64,000 bases of DNA from Octopus sinensis (taxonomy: Eukaryota): positions 3,224,001 to 3,288,000 of the forward strand of contig NC_043019.1 of NCBI RefSeq assembly GCF_006345805.1, given 5' to 3'. Made by a program: the position numbers and the translations under genes. The stretch's first letter is position 1. The number at the start of each line of letters is the position of its first letter. The notes beneath the pieces are model-generated. The model was not told the DNA's origin. It was given only the letters and a program-made list of their open reading frames with translations, and searched no databases. Below, in pieces: positions 41,351 through 55,112 of this stretch.

Positions 41351-42327
41351 TATATATATATATACATATTATATTATATATATATATATTATATACATAT
41401 ATATATAACATACATATACATATATATGTATGTATGCTTATGTATATGTAAGGGTGTGTGTAGATCTGCGGGGAGTTTACAGAAAAGCATACAGTTACGA
41501 TCATTCCTAAATATATTTAGATGTGTCTGTATATAGGTGAGGAGAAGGAGGGAAAATATAAGAAAACGAAGAGATTTATAAATAGAGAGAGGGGGAGAGA
41601 ATGTGAGAGGGTGAGAGAGAAAGTGATAAGTGGTTTGATAGAGCTAATAGAAAGATAAAAACGGAAAAGTGAAAGAAATATTACTGATAGAGAAAGACAA
41701 GAGAAAATATTTGATCTATAGTGAGAGACAGATAAACAGAAAACCGTATATATCTACTGATATGTGGCTTATATGTATTTAAATATTTTTGTGTCTTTGT
41801 GTTTAATTCTCTAGGCGTATTTCTCAATGAATATCTGAAAAGGTGTGTGTATTTGCTTACGTTTTTTTTTTTTTGTTTGTGTGAGAAAGAAAGTGTGAGC
41901 ATTTTGCACAAAATGTGTCCGATATATGACTGGCTGCACGGCTGCCTGACTGATTGACTGAACGCAGACGACAGAGAAGGCAAAACCATAACTGGACAAT
42001 AGAACAACATGGAGGTGTAACAAAATTGGTTAATACATTTTTTTTAAAGAAAAAGAAAAACGAACAACAAATGTCTGAGCTACATTCCTGGTTTAAATCT
42101 ACGAAAGTCAGCAGTCTAATAGAAATTCTGGCAAAACGAATAAAGAAACCTAATATCTAAACAGCACAAGATGTCCGCAAAGCACGATGTTTTTACTCAA
42201 TTGGCTATAATGTTTATGGTATGAATTTCTTTTGTGCGGGTGCTTAGTTTTGTTGGTGCTCTGATGATTCTATGTTTACGTATAAACATACAAACGTTGA
42301 TATACATACAACTATATACATAATATT

Positions 42328-42391
<64 letters not shown>

Positions 42392-42655
42392 ACACGTAGA
42401 TATGTATATTTGCGTACGTACATATATATATAATATATGCTCAAGTGTAATTTACTTTTTCTAATGTCAACGCTTATCGATCTATTTTTATTTGTTATTG
42501 AATGGTTTAGCATTGAAAACAGCGATTTGGACACGTGCCAATGATTGGTGTAGTCCAATAGGAGTTAAAATGGTCAGCAACGTGACTGAAATACGACCTG
42601 AGATAGAATATCTAGCAGCTGAATTAATGCGGCCTTGTACACTTTCATATATATG

Positions 42656-42714
<59 letters not shown>

Positions 42715-42781
42715 ATATATGTATATGTTTATATGAAAGTAATATATGTGTGTATATATTATATATATAATATATAATAAT

Positions 42782-42812
<31 letters not shown>

Positions 42813-43064
42813 TATATATATATAAAAGAGGTATAAGGATTTTCACAGTATACAGATACAGAAAGAGAAGGAAGGCAGATAAAGTGTGGAGATAATGAGC
42901 ACGTATATTTGGATCTTTAGCTATCAGTCAATTTAGTTATCTCTCTGTTTGTCTGTATATATATATACATATGTGTGTGTGTGTGAGTGTGTATGTGTAT
43001 GTGCTAGTGTGTGTGTGTGTGTGTGAGTGTGTGTTTGTATAACATTATATATAAATCTCTATCC

Positions 43065-43123
43065 ACCTATCTAACATGATATAATATACATTTTATATTA
43101 TATAGGAAGATAGATAGATAGCC

Positions 43124-43197
<74 letters not shown>

Positions 43198-43238
43198 GTA
43201 GGTAGATAGATAGATAGATAGGTAGGTAGGTAGGTAGG

Positions 43239-43310
<72 letters not shown>

Positions 43311-43375
43311 CAGATAGATATAGATAGACAGATAGATAGATATAGATAGATAGACAGACAGATAGATAGATAGAC

Positions 43376-43455
<80 letters not shown>

Positions 43456-43458
43456 GGA
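43065..43458. repeat. (GATA/GGTA/GACA)n microsatellite
   Basis: Direct reading of the sequence. Confidence 0.9.
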
Positions 43459-43504
43459 TGTAGAAGGAGAGATTTATAGATAAAGTCACTTGTATACTCA
43501 TGAA

Positions 43505-43543
<39 letters not shown>

Positions 43544-43579
43544 CAGACATACATACATATATACATACATATATATATA

Positions 43580-44143
43580 CAGGGGTTGGACAAAATAATG
43601 GAAATACCTATCATCATAGCATCATAATTTTGAAATATCTATAAAACCGTCAAATGCTTCTTTATTTTTATGGGTTTTTTATTTATTATTAGTGTTGCTT
43701 AATATGTTTTGCTAAAATTGCTAATTCTTTTCAGATATCATCAGAAAGAGGTAATTAAAATTCATTAATATGACAGATCTATCGGACTTTCGAAGAGGTC
43801 AAGTTGTTGGTGCTCGTATGGTAGGTGCTAGCGTAACGAAAACAGCCGAAATGTTTGGTGTATCAAGAAGCACTGTCTCGAAAGTAATGACAGCATTTGG
43901 GAAAGAGGGAAAGACCTCCTCGCCGAAACAAAACTCCGTCGGACCCTTATGTGTCGATATCCTTCACGATTTAAGAACTGGAAACTATTTTAACTGATGA
44001 ATGGACAAAAGTTCCTTTGGAAACAATTCAAACTTTGTACGTAGAATTCAAGCTGTAATTACTGACAAAGGCAGTACTAATCCATATTAAAGTAAATTTG
44101 TTTGAAATTTTAAGGTGTTTCCATTATTTCCCCCCAACACCCG
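43580..44143 (+). mobile_element. Internally deleted Tc1-family transposon
   Basis: TA flanks; TIRs caggggttggacaaaataatggaaatacct / aggtgtttccattatttccccccaacacccg; paired-like HTH N-terminus (MTDLSDFRRGQVVGAR...) fused to the C-terminal RRIQAVITDKG..PY; DDE core missing. Confidence 0.92.
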
Positions 44144-44259
44144 TATATGTAAGCATGTATATAGTATAAATGTATTTGCATCTTTGTAAGTATACGTATG
44201 TATATGTTTATGTATTGAATACGCATATCTATACGTTTACATATATATACATATAAATA

Positions 44260-44457
44260 TATAGGGAGAGTTTACGAAAAAAACAAAAGACGAAGACAGG
44301 TGGTGTACAAAACAAGCAGATGTATTGGTATAACGCTCAGGAATAGTAAAAGTCTTTTACGTTTCGAGCCTACGCTCTTCTACAGAAAGGGACACAGAAA
44401 AAACAAGGAGAGAAACAAGGAGAGAAAAAAATGTGTGTAGTGGCTAACGATCTATCA
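44260..44457 (-). mobile_element. PLE-terminal-repeat-like fragment (family D) with minimal hammerhead-like motif 44354-44389
   Basis: Minus strand CUUU-CUGUAGA-A-GAGC GUAG GCUC-GAAA-CG-UA-AAAG. Confidence 0.6.
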
Positions 44458-44599
44458 TTTATGTGTGCATGTATTTGTGTATGTACCCATGTCTTTATGT
44501 TTATGTACGAGTATGGGTATGTGTTCATACAATCTATTAGTGGGGGATAAATAAGCTCAATATAGAAAATAGAGCAGTGCTCAGGTGAATTCGTATTTG

Positions 44600-45052
44600 A
44601 ATTGTGAATTCTTCATCCAGGACAAAGCCCCTCGACATCCATAGTATCTAATAGAAAGATCCAAATCGAGCTGAATCGAAGGTGGTAAGGTAGATCAATA
44701 CAAGTGGGTTTGATACATATTTTTACATGGAGTACAAAAATAGAGATTAAAAATAAAAATAAATATATATACACCTTTGAGCGAACAGCCTTGGAGCGAA
44801 GAAAATGGAGATCGTTGTGGCAAAATAGTATTAGAAACATTGTTGCAACACCATTAACAGACTTTGGGGTGCAAGGCAAAGGAGAATAGCGGCTGAAAAT
44901 ATACCACCGGCACTGACCTGTAATCCTCATACTTGCAGGGACTTCTTGGCATATTGGTGGCAGGACTTAAATGTCACATTCCTTATAAGCATTATGACTG
45001 ACAATGAATTGGTTTTTGGATCCTCATAAGTCGAAACCGACGAGAGAGACCA
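44600..45052 (+). mobile_element. Highly decayed RTE-like 3' end
   Basis: TFERTALERRKWRSLWQNSIRN-like peptide and a terminal gtcgaaaccgacgagagagacc before (TA)n. Confidence 0.4.
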
Positions 45053-45054
45053 TC

Positions 45055-45137
<83 letters not shown>

Positions 45138-45890
45138 TATTTCATTATATTAAGGGCTATTACTACAAGTAATCGCCTCCCGCTGTAGTGGAACTCTAAG
45201 GTCAAACTACTTCAATAAATATATAATTACATAGATTCTATTCTTATATAGATTTAATCGTTATATATATATATATATCAAATAAAATCAAAAACAGAAC
45301 ACAGAGGATATTGCGGTACACGTGTTTCAAGCTTTATAAACGACCCCTTTCTTACATCAGTGTATAATTGATATAAAAGATGGTTTAAAGCTCTCTTCAG
45401 CCGCAAACATTGTTATTCCAAAGAGTTACATCACACTATAAAAAATATGAAAGGGACATGTAGTATTACCCATTATAATAGGTATATCATATCTCCCTGA
45501 GAAAGTGCATTTGTAAAATTTCGTAACTGTATAACTGTATAAAGATTCATTGGATTTCGAAAATCTGTCCATACTGTATAACCAGTCAACATCGAGTGAA
45601 TCACAGGCTGTATTAAATCCGAGCGAAACAGAGTTTATTTAGCGAGACATCACAACTAGTTGTATAGGCTCCCAGCCGAGAAGGATCAATGTAGGATGTA
45701 TTGAAACGATCGTTGTGAGCAATGAAGTTCCCTGTGTATTCCATTTTCCGTTTCTATCGTTTATTTTGTATTCAACGTACAGTGAGAAATTCCTGGGGTA
45801 GAACCAGCGACAATTGTGTAACTACCGTTGATAACATCAGGTAGCCATAGGCAGTGATCGTGCTTTGTCCAACACTTCAATATTAACGTG

Positions 45891-45941
<51 letters not shown>

Positions 45942-46734
45942 AAGTACAACCTTATACACACAGATATGCACACATACGTACACACGTATACAGACATACA
46001 ACCACACACTTATTTACACAGACATCAGTCATATAAATACAACGGATGAAATACAGTGATGCACACACAACACATACACCCACTCATAAACACGTAAACG
46101 CACACACACACACACCTTTTGTACATATACACACACCTAACACCTCAAAATGAGACACATGCGTGAACCATTCAACTTTATCACGTACACACCACCTATA
46201 ATACAAACACATGTGCCACACAGCATTAACATACACATACATGCACACATCTCTCACACATACACGCACACATACACTCAGACACATACACACGCGCACA
46301 CACACACAACACACACACACACAGACACACAGACACATACGCGCCTATTAGAAAAATCACAAATTCAAATCAATCCATTTCAAGTGAAAATGTCAATTAA
46401 AGATTACTTTCTATAAAAAGAACAGAAATTGTGAACTTTATAGGTCATTGTATGGTTTAGGGGTCACACTGACGGTTTCTCCTTTATCTGGCAAATCAAG
46501 AGAAAACACTCACTTGTTTAGCCCTAAGTCAATCTTGATTGAGCAAACCTGTGATTTATCGTGTAAGAACTATAATCAGCCATTTTTGTTTTAGTTCTTC
46601 TTTCTTTTTTTAATTCCAATATTGCGTGTCTAAGACTACGCTGTCTGGTGCGTCCTTTCTTGCAGTTCTGTTATGTAGTTCTGAATAAATCCATATACAG
46701 ATTCACCAAACATGAGATGTAAGGCTTTCCAGAT

Positions 46735-47330
46735 ATGACCATTCCATCTTTTATTAACACATTGTATATTTAAGGCTACATTGTTGCTATTTAACTTCAT
46801 CTAACAAACCTGTAATCAAAGACGTTCCAGCCATGACCATCCCATCTTTTATTAACACATTGTATATTTAAGGCTACATTGTTGCTATTTAACTTCATCT
46901 AACAAACCTGTAATCAAAGACGTTCCAGCCATGACCATCCCATCTTTATTCTGACATTGTATATCTAAGACTACTTTATCTAATGTGTCCTTCCTTGGTT
47001 TTTAGCCATATCCAACAAACATGTAATTAAACACATTCCAACCGTGACCATCCCATTTTTTATTCACACATAGTGTATCAAAGACTACTTTAAATAATGC
47101 GTCCTTCCTGCTTGTTTTTTTAGCCTTATCCAACAGACTTGTAATAAAAGGCATCCCAGTTGTGACCAACCCAGCTTTAATTCAGACATATTGTATCAAA
47201 GGCTACATTATCTACTGTTTCCTTCTTTGTTTTTTAGCCTTATCCAACACACTTGTAATCAAAGACATTCCAGCTATGAGCATCCCCTCTTTAATTCAAA
47301 CATTGTATATCTAAGACTATATGGCCTAAC
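46735..47330. repeat. Degenerate ~100-120-bp tandem repeat, about 5-6 units
   Basis: Recurring aaagacgttccagccatgaccatcccatcttt...ttgtatatctaagacta. Confidence 0.8.
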
Positions 47331-47634
47331 GTATATTTCCTTGTCTGTTAGTCTTGTCCAGTTTTATTCAATACAAATCTGACATACTAAGCAGAATGGA
47401 GGTTCGGAATAAAGGAGTCAAATGATATGACGAGTAGTAGAGACTTAAACATCGATTTTCTGACTGAAAAATCTACCTCAACTCGTAATTCGGTCTATGT
47501 ACGCTGAAAAACACGATATATGACTTGTATGCCGGGAAATATCGTATATGAGTTCACCTCATACCTTCGACAATCTCAAACCCAATTTTAAAATAAACTT
47601 ACAAATTGAGTCACCAGTCTCCACAGTTTCAAAT

Positions 47635-47911
47635 GCTACCGGTTGATCCCGCTACCAGTTGATACCGCTACCAGTTGATACCGCTACCGGTTGATCCCGC
47701 TACCAGTTGATACCGCTACCAGTTGAACCCCGCTACCGGTTGATCCCGCTACCAGTTGATACCGCAACCAGTTGACCCCCGCTACTGGTTGATCCCGCAA
47801 CCGGTTGATCCCGCAACCGGTTGATCCCGCTACAAGTTGATACCGTTACCAGTTGAACCCCGCTACCGGTTTATCCCGCAACCGGTTGATCCCGCTACCA
47901 GTTCATCCCGC
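47635..47911. repeat. 16-bp minisatellite (gctaccagttgatacc variants), about 17 units
   Basis: Direct reading of the sequence. Confidence 0.93.
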
Positions 47912-48544
47912 TGAGTCGTTGTTTTATAGTCTGAGATCAGTCCTTAATACAAAAAGAGAAAAGAAAACTATGATCAAAATCATACCAACCGTGACCATCT
48001 CGTTGATTTATTAATAGTATCGAGAATTATATTTTCCGGTGTAGCAAGTAGCCATTTTTAAATAAGGCGCCAATTTGTGGTAGCTGGCAATATGACGTAA
48101 TGTCGTATTGCCGAAGAAATATTATTGTCGTTTTTCCATTGGTTAATATAACTGCTCATATAAGAATACTAAGAGTTACTTGAAGAATATATGTATGTAA
48201 TTTCGATTCTTTAAAGTCAAGTTGAGCAGTTATAAAAACCCTGGATTTTGGGAAAAAACTTCAGTGTTTGTTGGATGTAACTAAACTCCACGGCACTCAC
48301 TCCTTTGAGACATTGGTGATTTTTCATGGCATGTCCAAGGAAAATTCAACACCAGCATGCACGTGTTATCTTTTCTAGCAGATTGCAGGCAGTAATTTGA
48401 GAGAGATTTGGCTTCTATTTCTAGTATAAAGGGCAACTTCGTACAGGATCTTCGGATCTTCTGCTCTTTTAGTTGGAATCTTGGCGCAGTTAAACTGAAG
48501 GCAGAGTTACAATCTATCGGCTAAACTGTTGGAGGAACAGTTTC

Positions 48545-48742
48545 ATAACTTTAACAACATCGAAAAATACCTGACGAATGAGAACCCAGGTTCGAAATTT
48601 CCCCCAAGACACCTGATGAAAGCTGGAGGGTATATCAGCCGAAACGTTGAGTTAACAACAAACAACATGAGGACAAATATCCGTCAATCGTAAAGAATGT
48701 AAATAATGTACATAATTCCTCATCTCTTAAATAAAGAACTGA
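48545..48742 (+). mobile_element. PLE-terminal-repeat-like fragment with minimal hammerhead (48608-48653)
   Basis: GACAC-CUGAUGA-AA-GCUG...CAGC-C-GAAA-CG-UU-GAGUU; ends ttaaataaagaac. Confidence 0.7.
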
Positions 48743-48823
48743 ACAGCAAATATTCTGTTCAATACTACAGATTCGCTTGTCAGTTGTTTGACCTTAACCA
48801 GTGAGCATGTCGCTTAGTGGCTT

Positions 48824-48873
<50 letters not shown>

Positions 48874-48874
<1 letters not shown>

Positions 48875-51031
48875 GCCTCCCTACTATGTTCAAGGCATTT
48901 CTGCAGTGATATCGCAAAGGCTGAACAAGCACCTGGACGAAAACAAACTGTTCCCAGAAGAGCAGAAAGGATGCCGCAAGGGTTCATATGGCTGTAAAGA
49001 TCAACTAATGATTAATAAAGCCGTAACTGAAGACAGCCACAGAAAGAAGAAAGGCCTCAGTATGGCCTGGATTGACTACAAAAAGGCGTTTGATAGCATC
49101 CCCCACACATGGATCCTCGAAACACTAGCCATTAACAAAGTAGCACCAACAATCATAAAATTCATAGAGCACTCTATGAATAAATGGCAAACAGTCCTAC
49201 ACCTCCAAACAAAAGAGGGACTCATGAAAACCAAAGACATCCCCATTAGAAGAGGAATATTCCAGGGAGACACGCTCTCTCCACTCCTTTTCTGCTTGGC
49301 ACTGTCACCTCTATCTGATATGCTAAATAGAACTGGAAGCAGATATAAATGTTACGGCAAAACGATCAGCCACCTTTTATATATGGATGACCTAAAACTA
49401 TACGCTGCAAATGACAAACAGCTGGAAACACTATTAAAGACAGTTCATGGATTTACCAAAGAAATAGATATGAAATTTGGATTAGAAAAATGCGCCAAAG
49501 TAACCATGAAAAGAGGAAAACTAGTTAAGAATAACAACATCACACTAGATAAAACCAATGAAATAAAAGAATTAGACCAAAGCCAACTTACAAATACTTA
49601 GGAATCCATGAACTAGATAAGACACAACACACACAAATGAAAGAGAAAATAAAAAAAGAATATTATAGACGAGTTAGATCAATACTAAAAACAGAGCTCA
49701 ATGCTAAAAACAAGATAATAGGTATCAACACTTTAGCTGTCCCAGTTATAAGTTACAGCTACAATATCCTTAACTGGACACGAAATGAACTGTCCAAAAT
49801 AGATAGGAAAACAAGAAAAATACTGACAGGATCTAGGATGCATCACCCAAAATCTGACATAGAAAGACTATATATACAACGTATAGAAGGTGGTAGAGGC
49901 CTTATACAGCTGGAAAACTACTATAAAATAACCACCATAGGACTGCAAAAATACCTACTTCAGAAGGAAGGAAAACTGATCCAGATAGCAGCAAAACACG
50001 AGCAAAACAAAAAACTGTTCTCAGTATTTAAGGAAGCTAACAAATACAAACAAGAAATCATACCACCTAATAAACACAAAGAAGAAGAAGAAGATGATGA
50101 AGAAACAACAAAAGCTATAAAACAAATGAAATCCAAACTAAAAATAGAACAGCACGATCCATGATAAAACGATGGCAAGAAAAGCCCCTTCATGGTAAAT
50201 ACTGCACTAAACTAAACGCAAAAGAAATAGACAAAGAAAAATCCCAGCAATGGTTGAGAAGCTCAGGACTCAAAGCAGAAACAGAGGGATTTTTAATTGC
50301 AGCACAAGACCAAAGCCTCCCCACCAGAAATTACCAAAACATGTAATGAAAAGAAATATTACAAGTAACTGCAGAATATGTGGAGATGGACAAGAAACAA
50401 TAAATCATATTATCTCTAGCTGCCCAGTCCTGGCTAAGAAGGAATATATTCACAGACATGACAGAGTTGGAACCTACATACATTGGAAGCTATGCCAACA
50501 TTATGGAATAACAACAGAAAAAAGATGGTATAGGCACACACCAGAAAAGGTCACAGAAAACGAGAAAGCAACCATACTCTGGGATATGCCGATACACACA
50601 GATAGAGAAATTAAGGCCAACAGACCAGATATAGTTGTCAGAGATCATGAAGAAAAAAATGCTTTCTAATTGATGTATCAATACCGCAGATGACAACGTG
50701 TCTCTAAAAGAAATGGAGAAACTCTCAAAATACAAAGACCTGGAAATAGAGGTAACTAGAATGTGGAACCTGAAAACAGAAACAATTCCTATCATAGTAG
50801 GTGCATTAGGCATGATAAAAAAATATTCAGACAAATACATAACAAAAACACCAGGACTTACAAACACATATAACATACAGAAAATTGCACTACTAGGCAC
50901 TGCACACATCCTACGCAGAACACTTTCCATACAATAACCATCAGAGCATCACAACAAATCACAGCACATACCCAAGGCACACAGAGCTGCGCTCGGTAGT
51001 GAAGTGAAAGCACGCTATAAAAATAAAACTA

Positions 51032-51034
<3 letters not shown>
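48874..51034 (+). mobile_element. 5'-truncated R4/Dong-like RLE non-LTR retrotransposon inserted in (AAT)n
   Basis: RT motifs (IDYKKAFDS, GIFQGDTLSPLLF, YMDDLKLY), CRICG..ETINHIISSC knuckle, RPDIVV..LIDVSIP RLE; split into five frames by small indels; (AAT)n directly on both sides. Confidence 0.93.
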
Positions 51035-51082
<48 letters not shown>

Positions 51083-51085
51083 TAA

Positions 51086-51640
51086 ATGCCCTGATGCAGT
51101 ACCAGGCAGTGGCTCTCATGGCTTCTGATCTTAACTGATTTGAAGTGTTATCATGTACATTGTTTTGTCTTGGTATAAAGGATGGGCTACAGCAAATATT
51201 CTGCTCAATACCACAGATTTGCTTGTCAGTTGTTTGACCTTAACCAGTTGAGCATGTCCCTTAGTGGCTGACGATATGTGCATCTCTGATCACGAGCAGA
51301 AGTAGTGGGGGAGCATCATAGCCGTGTGTCGAAAGGAATTCTTTGGGTTTGGATAATTTACCTTTGGAAACATGGGTGTTTCATTCATCATCCTTAAACA
51401 ACCCTTATTCAGGGACCTTTAGAGCAAGATGGCTACTCGACCTGAAGAAAAGTCTAACTGGGCCCCACTTACAAGATCATGCGCTGTTTATCTTGATATG
51501 GCATCCCTATGTCGCGCACATATGGTTGTGATGCATGTGTCTAGTGTACCCTTATCAGATGGGTAATCCTGGTGGATATACTAAGCTTCGTATATTTGTA
51601 CCCCAGTGTCACTTCGATGGCATGCACGGCTCTCTCACTC
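51086..51640 (+). mobile_element. Full-length E1 repeat
   Basis: Homologous to 779-1330; in (AAT)n immediately 3' of the R4-like element. Confidence 0.85.
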
Positions 51641-51778
51641 AATAACAATAACCAGAATAATCAGGAAAGCATTAGGGAGCTGAAAAGAACGGATAGCATG
51701 GTACCGTAAGCTGCAGGTAGTAAGCCCGCTACGCATGCAAGATTCAAGGAGCTCCAACAAAACCTGTGATAAAGAGAA

Positions 51779-51830
<52 letters not shown>

Positions 51831-52358
51831 TCTCATGGCTTCTGATCTTAACTGATTGGAAGTGTTATCATGTACATTGTTTTGTCTTGGTATAAAAGAT
51901 GGGCTACAGCAAATATTCTGCTCAATACCACAGATTTGCTTGTCAGTTGTTTGACCTTAACTAGTTGAGCATGTCCCTTAGTGGCTGACGATATGTGCAT
52001 CTCTGATCACGAGCAGAAGTAGTGGGGGAGCATCATGGCCATGTGTTGAGAGGGATTCTTTGGAGTTTGAATGGTTCACCTCTGGAAACATAGGTGTTTC
52101 GTTCAACATCCTAAAGCAACCCTTATTCAGGGACCGTTTGAGCAGGATGGGCTACTCAACCTGAAGAAAATTCTAACTGGGCCCCACCTGCAAGGTCATG
52201 TGCTGTTTATCTTGATATGAGATCACCATGTCGCGCACATATGGTTGTGATGCATGTGCCTGGTGTACCTTTATCAGACGGGTAGTCATGATGGGTATAT
52301 TGGGCTTCGTATATTTTACCCCAGTGTCACTTTGATGGCATGAACTGCTCTCTCACTC
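51831..52358 (+). mobile_element. E1 repeat, slightly 5'-truncated
   Basis: Nearly identical to 806-1330; (AAT)n flanks. Confidence 0.88.
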
Positions 52359-52410
52359 AATAATAATAATAATAATAATAGTAATAATAATAATATATAT
52401 AATAATAATA

Positions 52411-52445
<35 letters not shown>

Positions 52446-52468
52446 TGATGATGATAATAATAATAATA

Positions 52469-52500
<32 letters not shown>

Positions 52501-52533
52501 GTAATAATAATATAATAATTAATAATAATAATA

Positions 52534-52581
<48 letters not shown>

Positions 52582-52634
52582 TAATAATAATAATAAATAA
52601 TAATAATAATATATAATAATAATAATAATAATAC

Positions 52635-52843
52635 TTTCTACTATAGGCACAAGGCCTGAAATTTGGAGCAGGGTTAAGTTGGTTATATCGACCCCTGTAT
52701 TCAACTGGTACTTAATTTATCGACCCCCGAAAGGATGAAAGGCAAAGTTAGCCTCGGCGGAGTTTGAACTCTGAACATAAAGACGGACCAAATACTGTTA
52801 AGCATTTCGCCCGGCGTGCTAACGATTCTGCCAGCTCACCGCC

Positions 52844-52899
<56 letters not shown>

Positions 52900-53102
52900 C
52901 CTCTCTACTAAAGGCACGAGGCCTTAAATTTGGTGGGAGGGGACTAGTCGATCACGTCGACCCCAGTGTTTCACTGGTACCTATTGTATCGATCCCCGAA
53001 AGGATGAAAGGCAAAGTCGACCTTGGCGAAATTTATACGCAGAATGAAGTGCCGTACGAAATACTGCTATACATTTTGTCCGGCGTAATAACGATTCTGC
53101 CA
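52635..53102 (-). mobile_element. Two SINE B-type copies separated by (AAT)n
   Basis: Homology to family B. Confidence 0.8.
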
Positions 53103-53343
53103 TGCTACATCCACATCGACCACGTAACAATAACAGCGGTAGCGGTAGCAGCTACAACAACAACAACAACAACAACATTAGCAGCAGTAGTATCAACAAC
53201 AACAGCGTGAACAAAAACAACAGCAACAACAAAATAACTTCAATTACAATTCCAAAACAACAACAACAATGAAAATTGCAACAACAACAAAACAACCAGA
53301 ATAACAATAGCAACAATAACAAAACGATAAGAGCAGCAGTAAT

Positions 53344-53826
53344 AAAACCATTATAATTACAATAACAAAACCATTATAATTACAATAACAAAATCATTAT
53401 AATTACAATAGCAAAACCATTATAATTATAATAGCAAAACCATTATAATTACAATAACAAAACCATTATAATTACAATAACAAAACCATTATAATTACAA
53501 TAGCAAAACCATTATAATTATAATAGCAAAACCATTATAATTACAATAACAAAACCATTATAATTACAATAACAAAACCATTATAATTACAATAGCAAAA
53601 CCATTATAATTATAATAGCAAAACCATTATAATTACAATAACAAAACCATTATAATTACAATAACAAAACCATTATAATTACAATAACAAAACCATTATA
53701 ATTACAATAGCAAAACCATTATAATTACAATAGCAAAACCATTATAATTATAATAGCAAAACCATTATAATTACAATAACAAAACCATTATAATTACAAT
53801 AACAAAACCATTATAATTACAATAAC
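53344..53826. repeat. 23-bp minisatellite x21 with higher-order pattern
   Basis: Unit aaaaccattataatta(c/t)aata(a/g)c; variant order AABC AABC AABC AAABBC AAA. Confidence 0.95.
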
Positions 53827-54879
53827 AAAACAACTATAATAGCGATTACGACTGCCATAACGACCACAATAACAATAGCAACAGTGGGAAAAAAATTACA
53901 ATTGTAAAAAGAACAACAACAAATAACAACAGAGAGGAAGAAGTAATAATAAACACCATAAGAACAACAGCAACAACAAAATAATAACAAGCAAAATGGC
54001 AACATCAAGAACACAATATTTACTGCAACAAAAAAAACAATGGCGTCAATAGCAAAAATAATCAGAACAAGCGTAGCCAACAAACCACAAATATTGGCAT
54101 AAAACAAGAAACGTTGATATAACGCAAACAACAAGCTCTAATACAAAACAGACAACAAACACTAATATAATACAAAGCTAACTTGCATGTTCTGATGAAT
54201 TCCTCCTATCTCATTATTAGTTTTGTTTCTTCGAAACTAAAAGCATTACGGTAGTGAGGACATGTTGGTTTTTGTTCTGTTTCGTTTTTCTTGTATCTGT
54301 TTCTTTTTTTTCTTCTTTTTTTCGTTTCTTTTACACTAATTTACTCTAATTTACTTGTGTAGGCGTTAAGAAGTATTGCATTGTGATTTATGGGGAAGGA
54401 GAAATATATGTAATAATGGTAATTGATTCTAACGTAAGCGCAAGGCCTGAAAGTTTAGTGTCATGAGGGTTAATCGATTAAATTGATCTCAGTGCTGGAC
54501 TAGTTTTTTTTTATTCTATCAACACCGAATGAACAAAAAGAAAAAAAAAATAATAATTTGACCTTAGTGAAATTTGAACTCACAACGTACGGAATCTGAA
54601 AAGTACCACAAAGCATTTTCGCCGATGTTATAACGATTCTGCTGCTTCAGTTTTTGTACCACGGTTTTTTTTATTTAGACAAAGAAATTTGAGGCCAGAA
54701 AAGCAGTTTATTATATCGAACATCAGTATTTGACGGGTACGTTATTTTAGCGACCCCAAAAAGAAGAAATACACATCTGACTTCAGCAGGATTTGAACTC
54801 AAAACGCAGGATCCTATGTGGTTTTATTAGAGTAGGCAGTTTGGTGGAACTATAAAGAGAAGCTATGAGGAATGAGGTA

Positions 54880-55112
54880 AAAGGCGGCAAGCTGGCAGAA
54901 TCGTTAGCACGCCGGGCGAAATGCTTAGCGATATTTCGTCAGCCGTTACGTTCTGAGTTCAAATTCCGCCGAGGTCGACTTTGCCTTTCATCGTTTCGAG
55001 GTCGATTAAATAAGTACCAGTTACGCACTGGGGTCGATGTAATCGACTAAAATCCGTTTGTGTGTCCTTGTTTGTCCCCTCTATGTTTAGCCCCTTGTGG
55101 GTAATAAAGAAA
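54880..55112 (+). mobile_element. Full SINE B
   Basis: aaggcggcaagctggcagaatcgttagc...gtaataaagaa. Confidence 0.9.

Noticed and set aside
47635-53826. CRISPR-like arrays
   Set aside because: The 16-bp and 23-bp repeats are contiguous with no unique spacers, and the context is eukaryotic.
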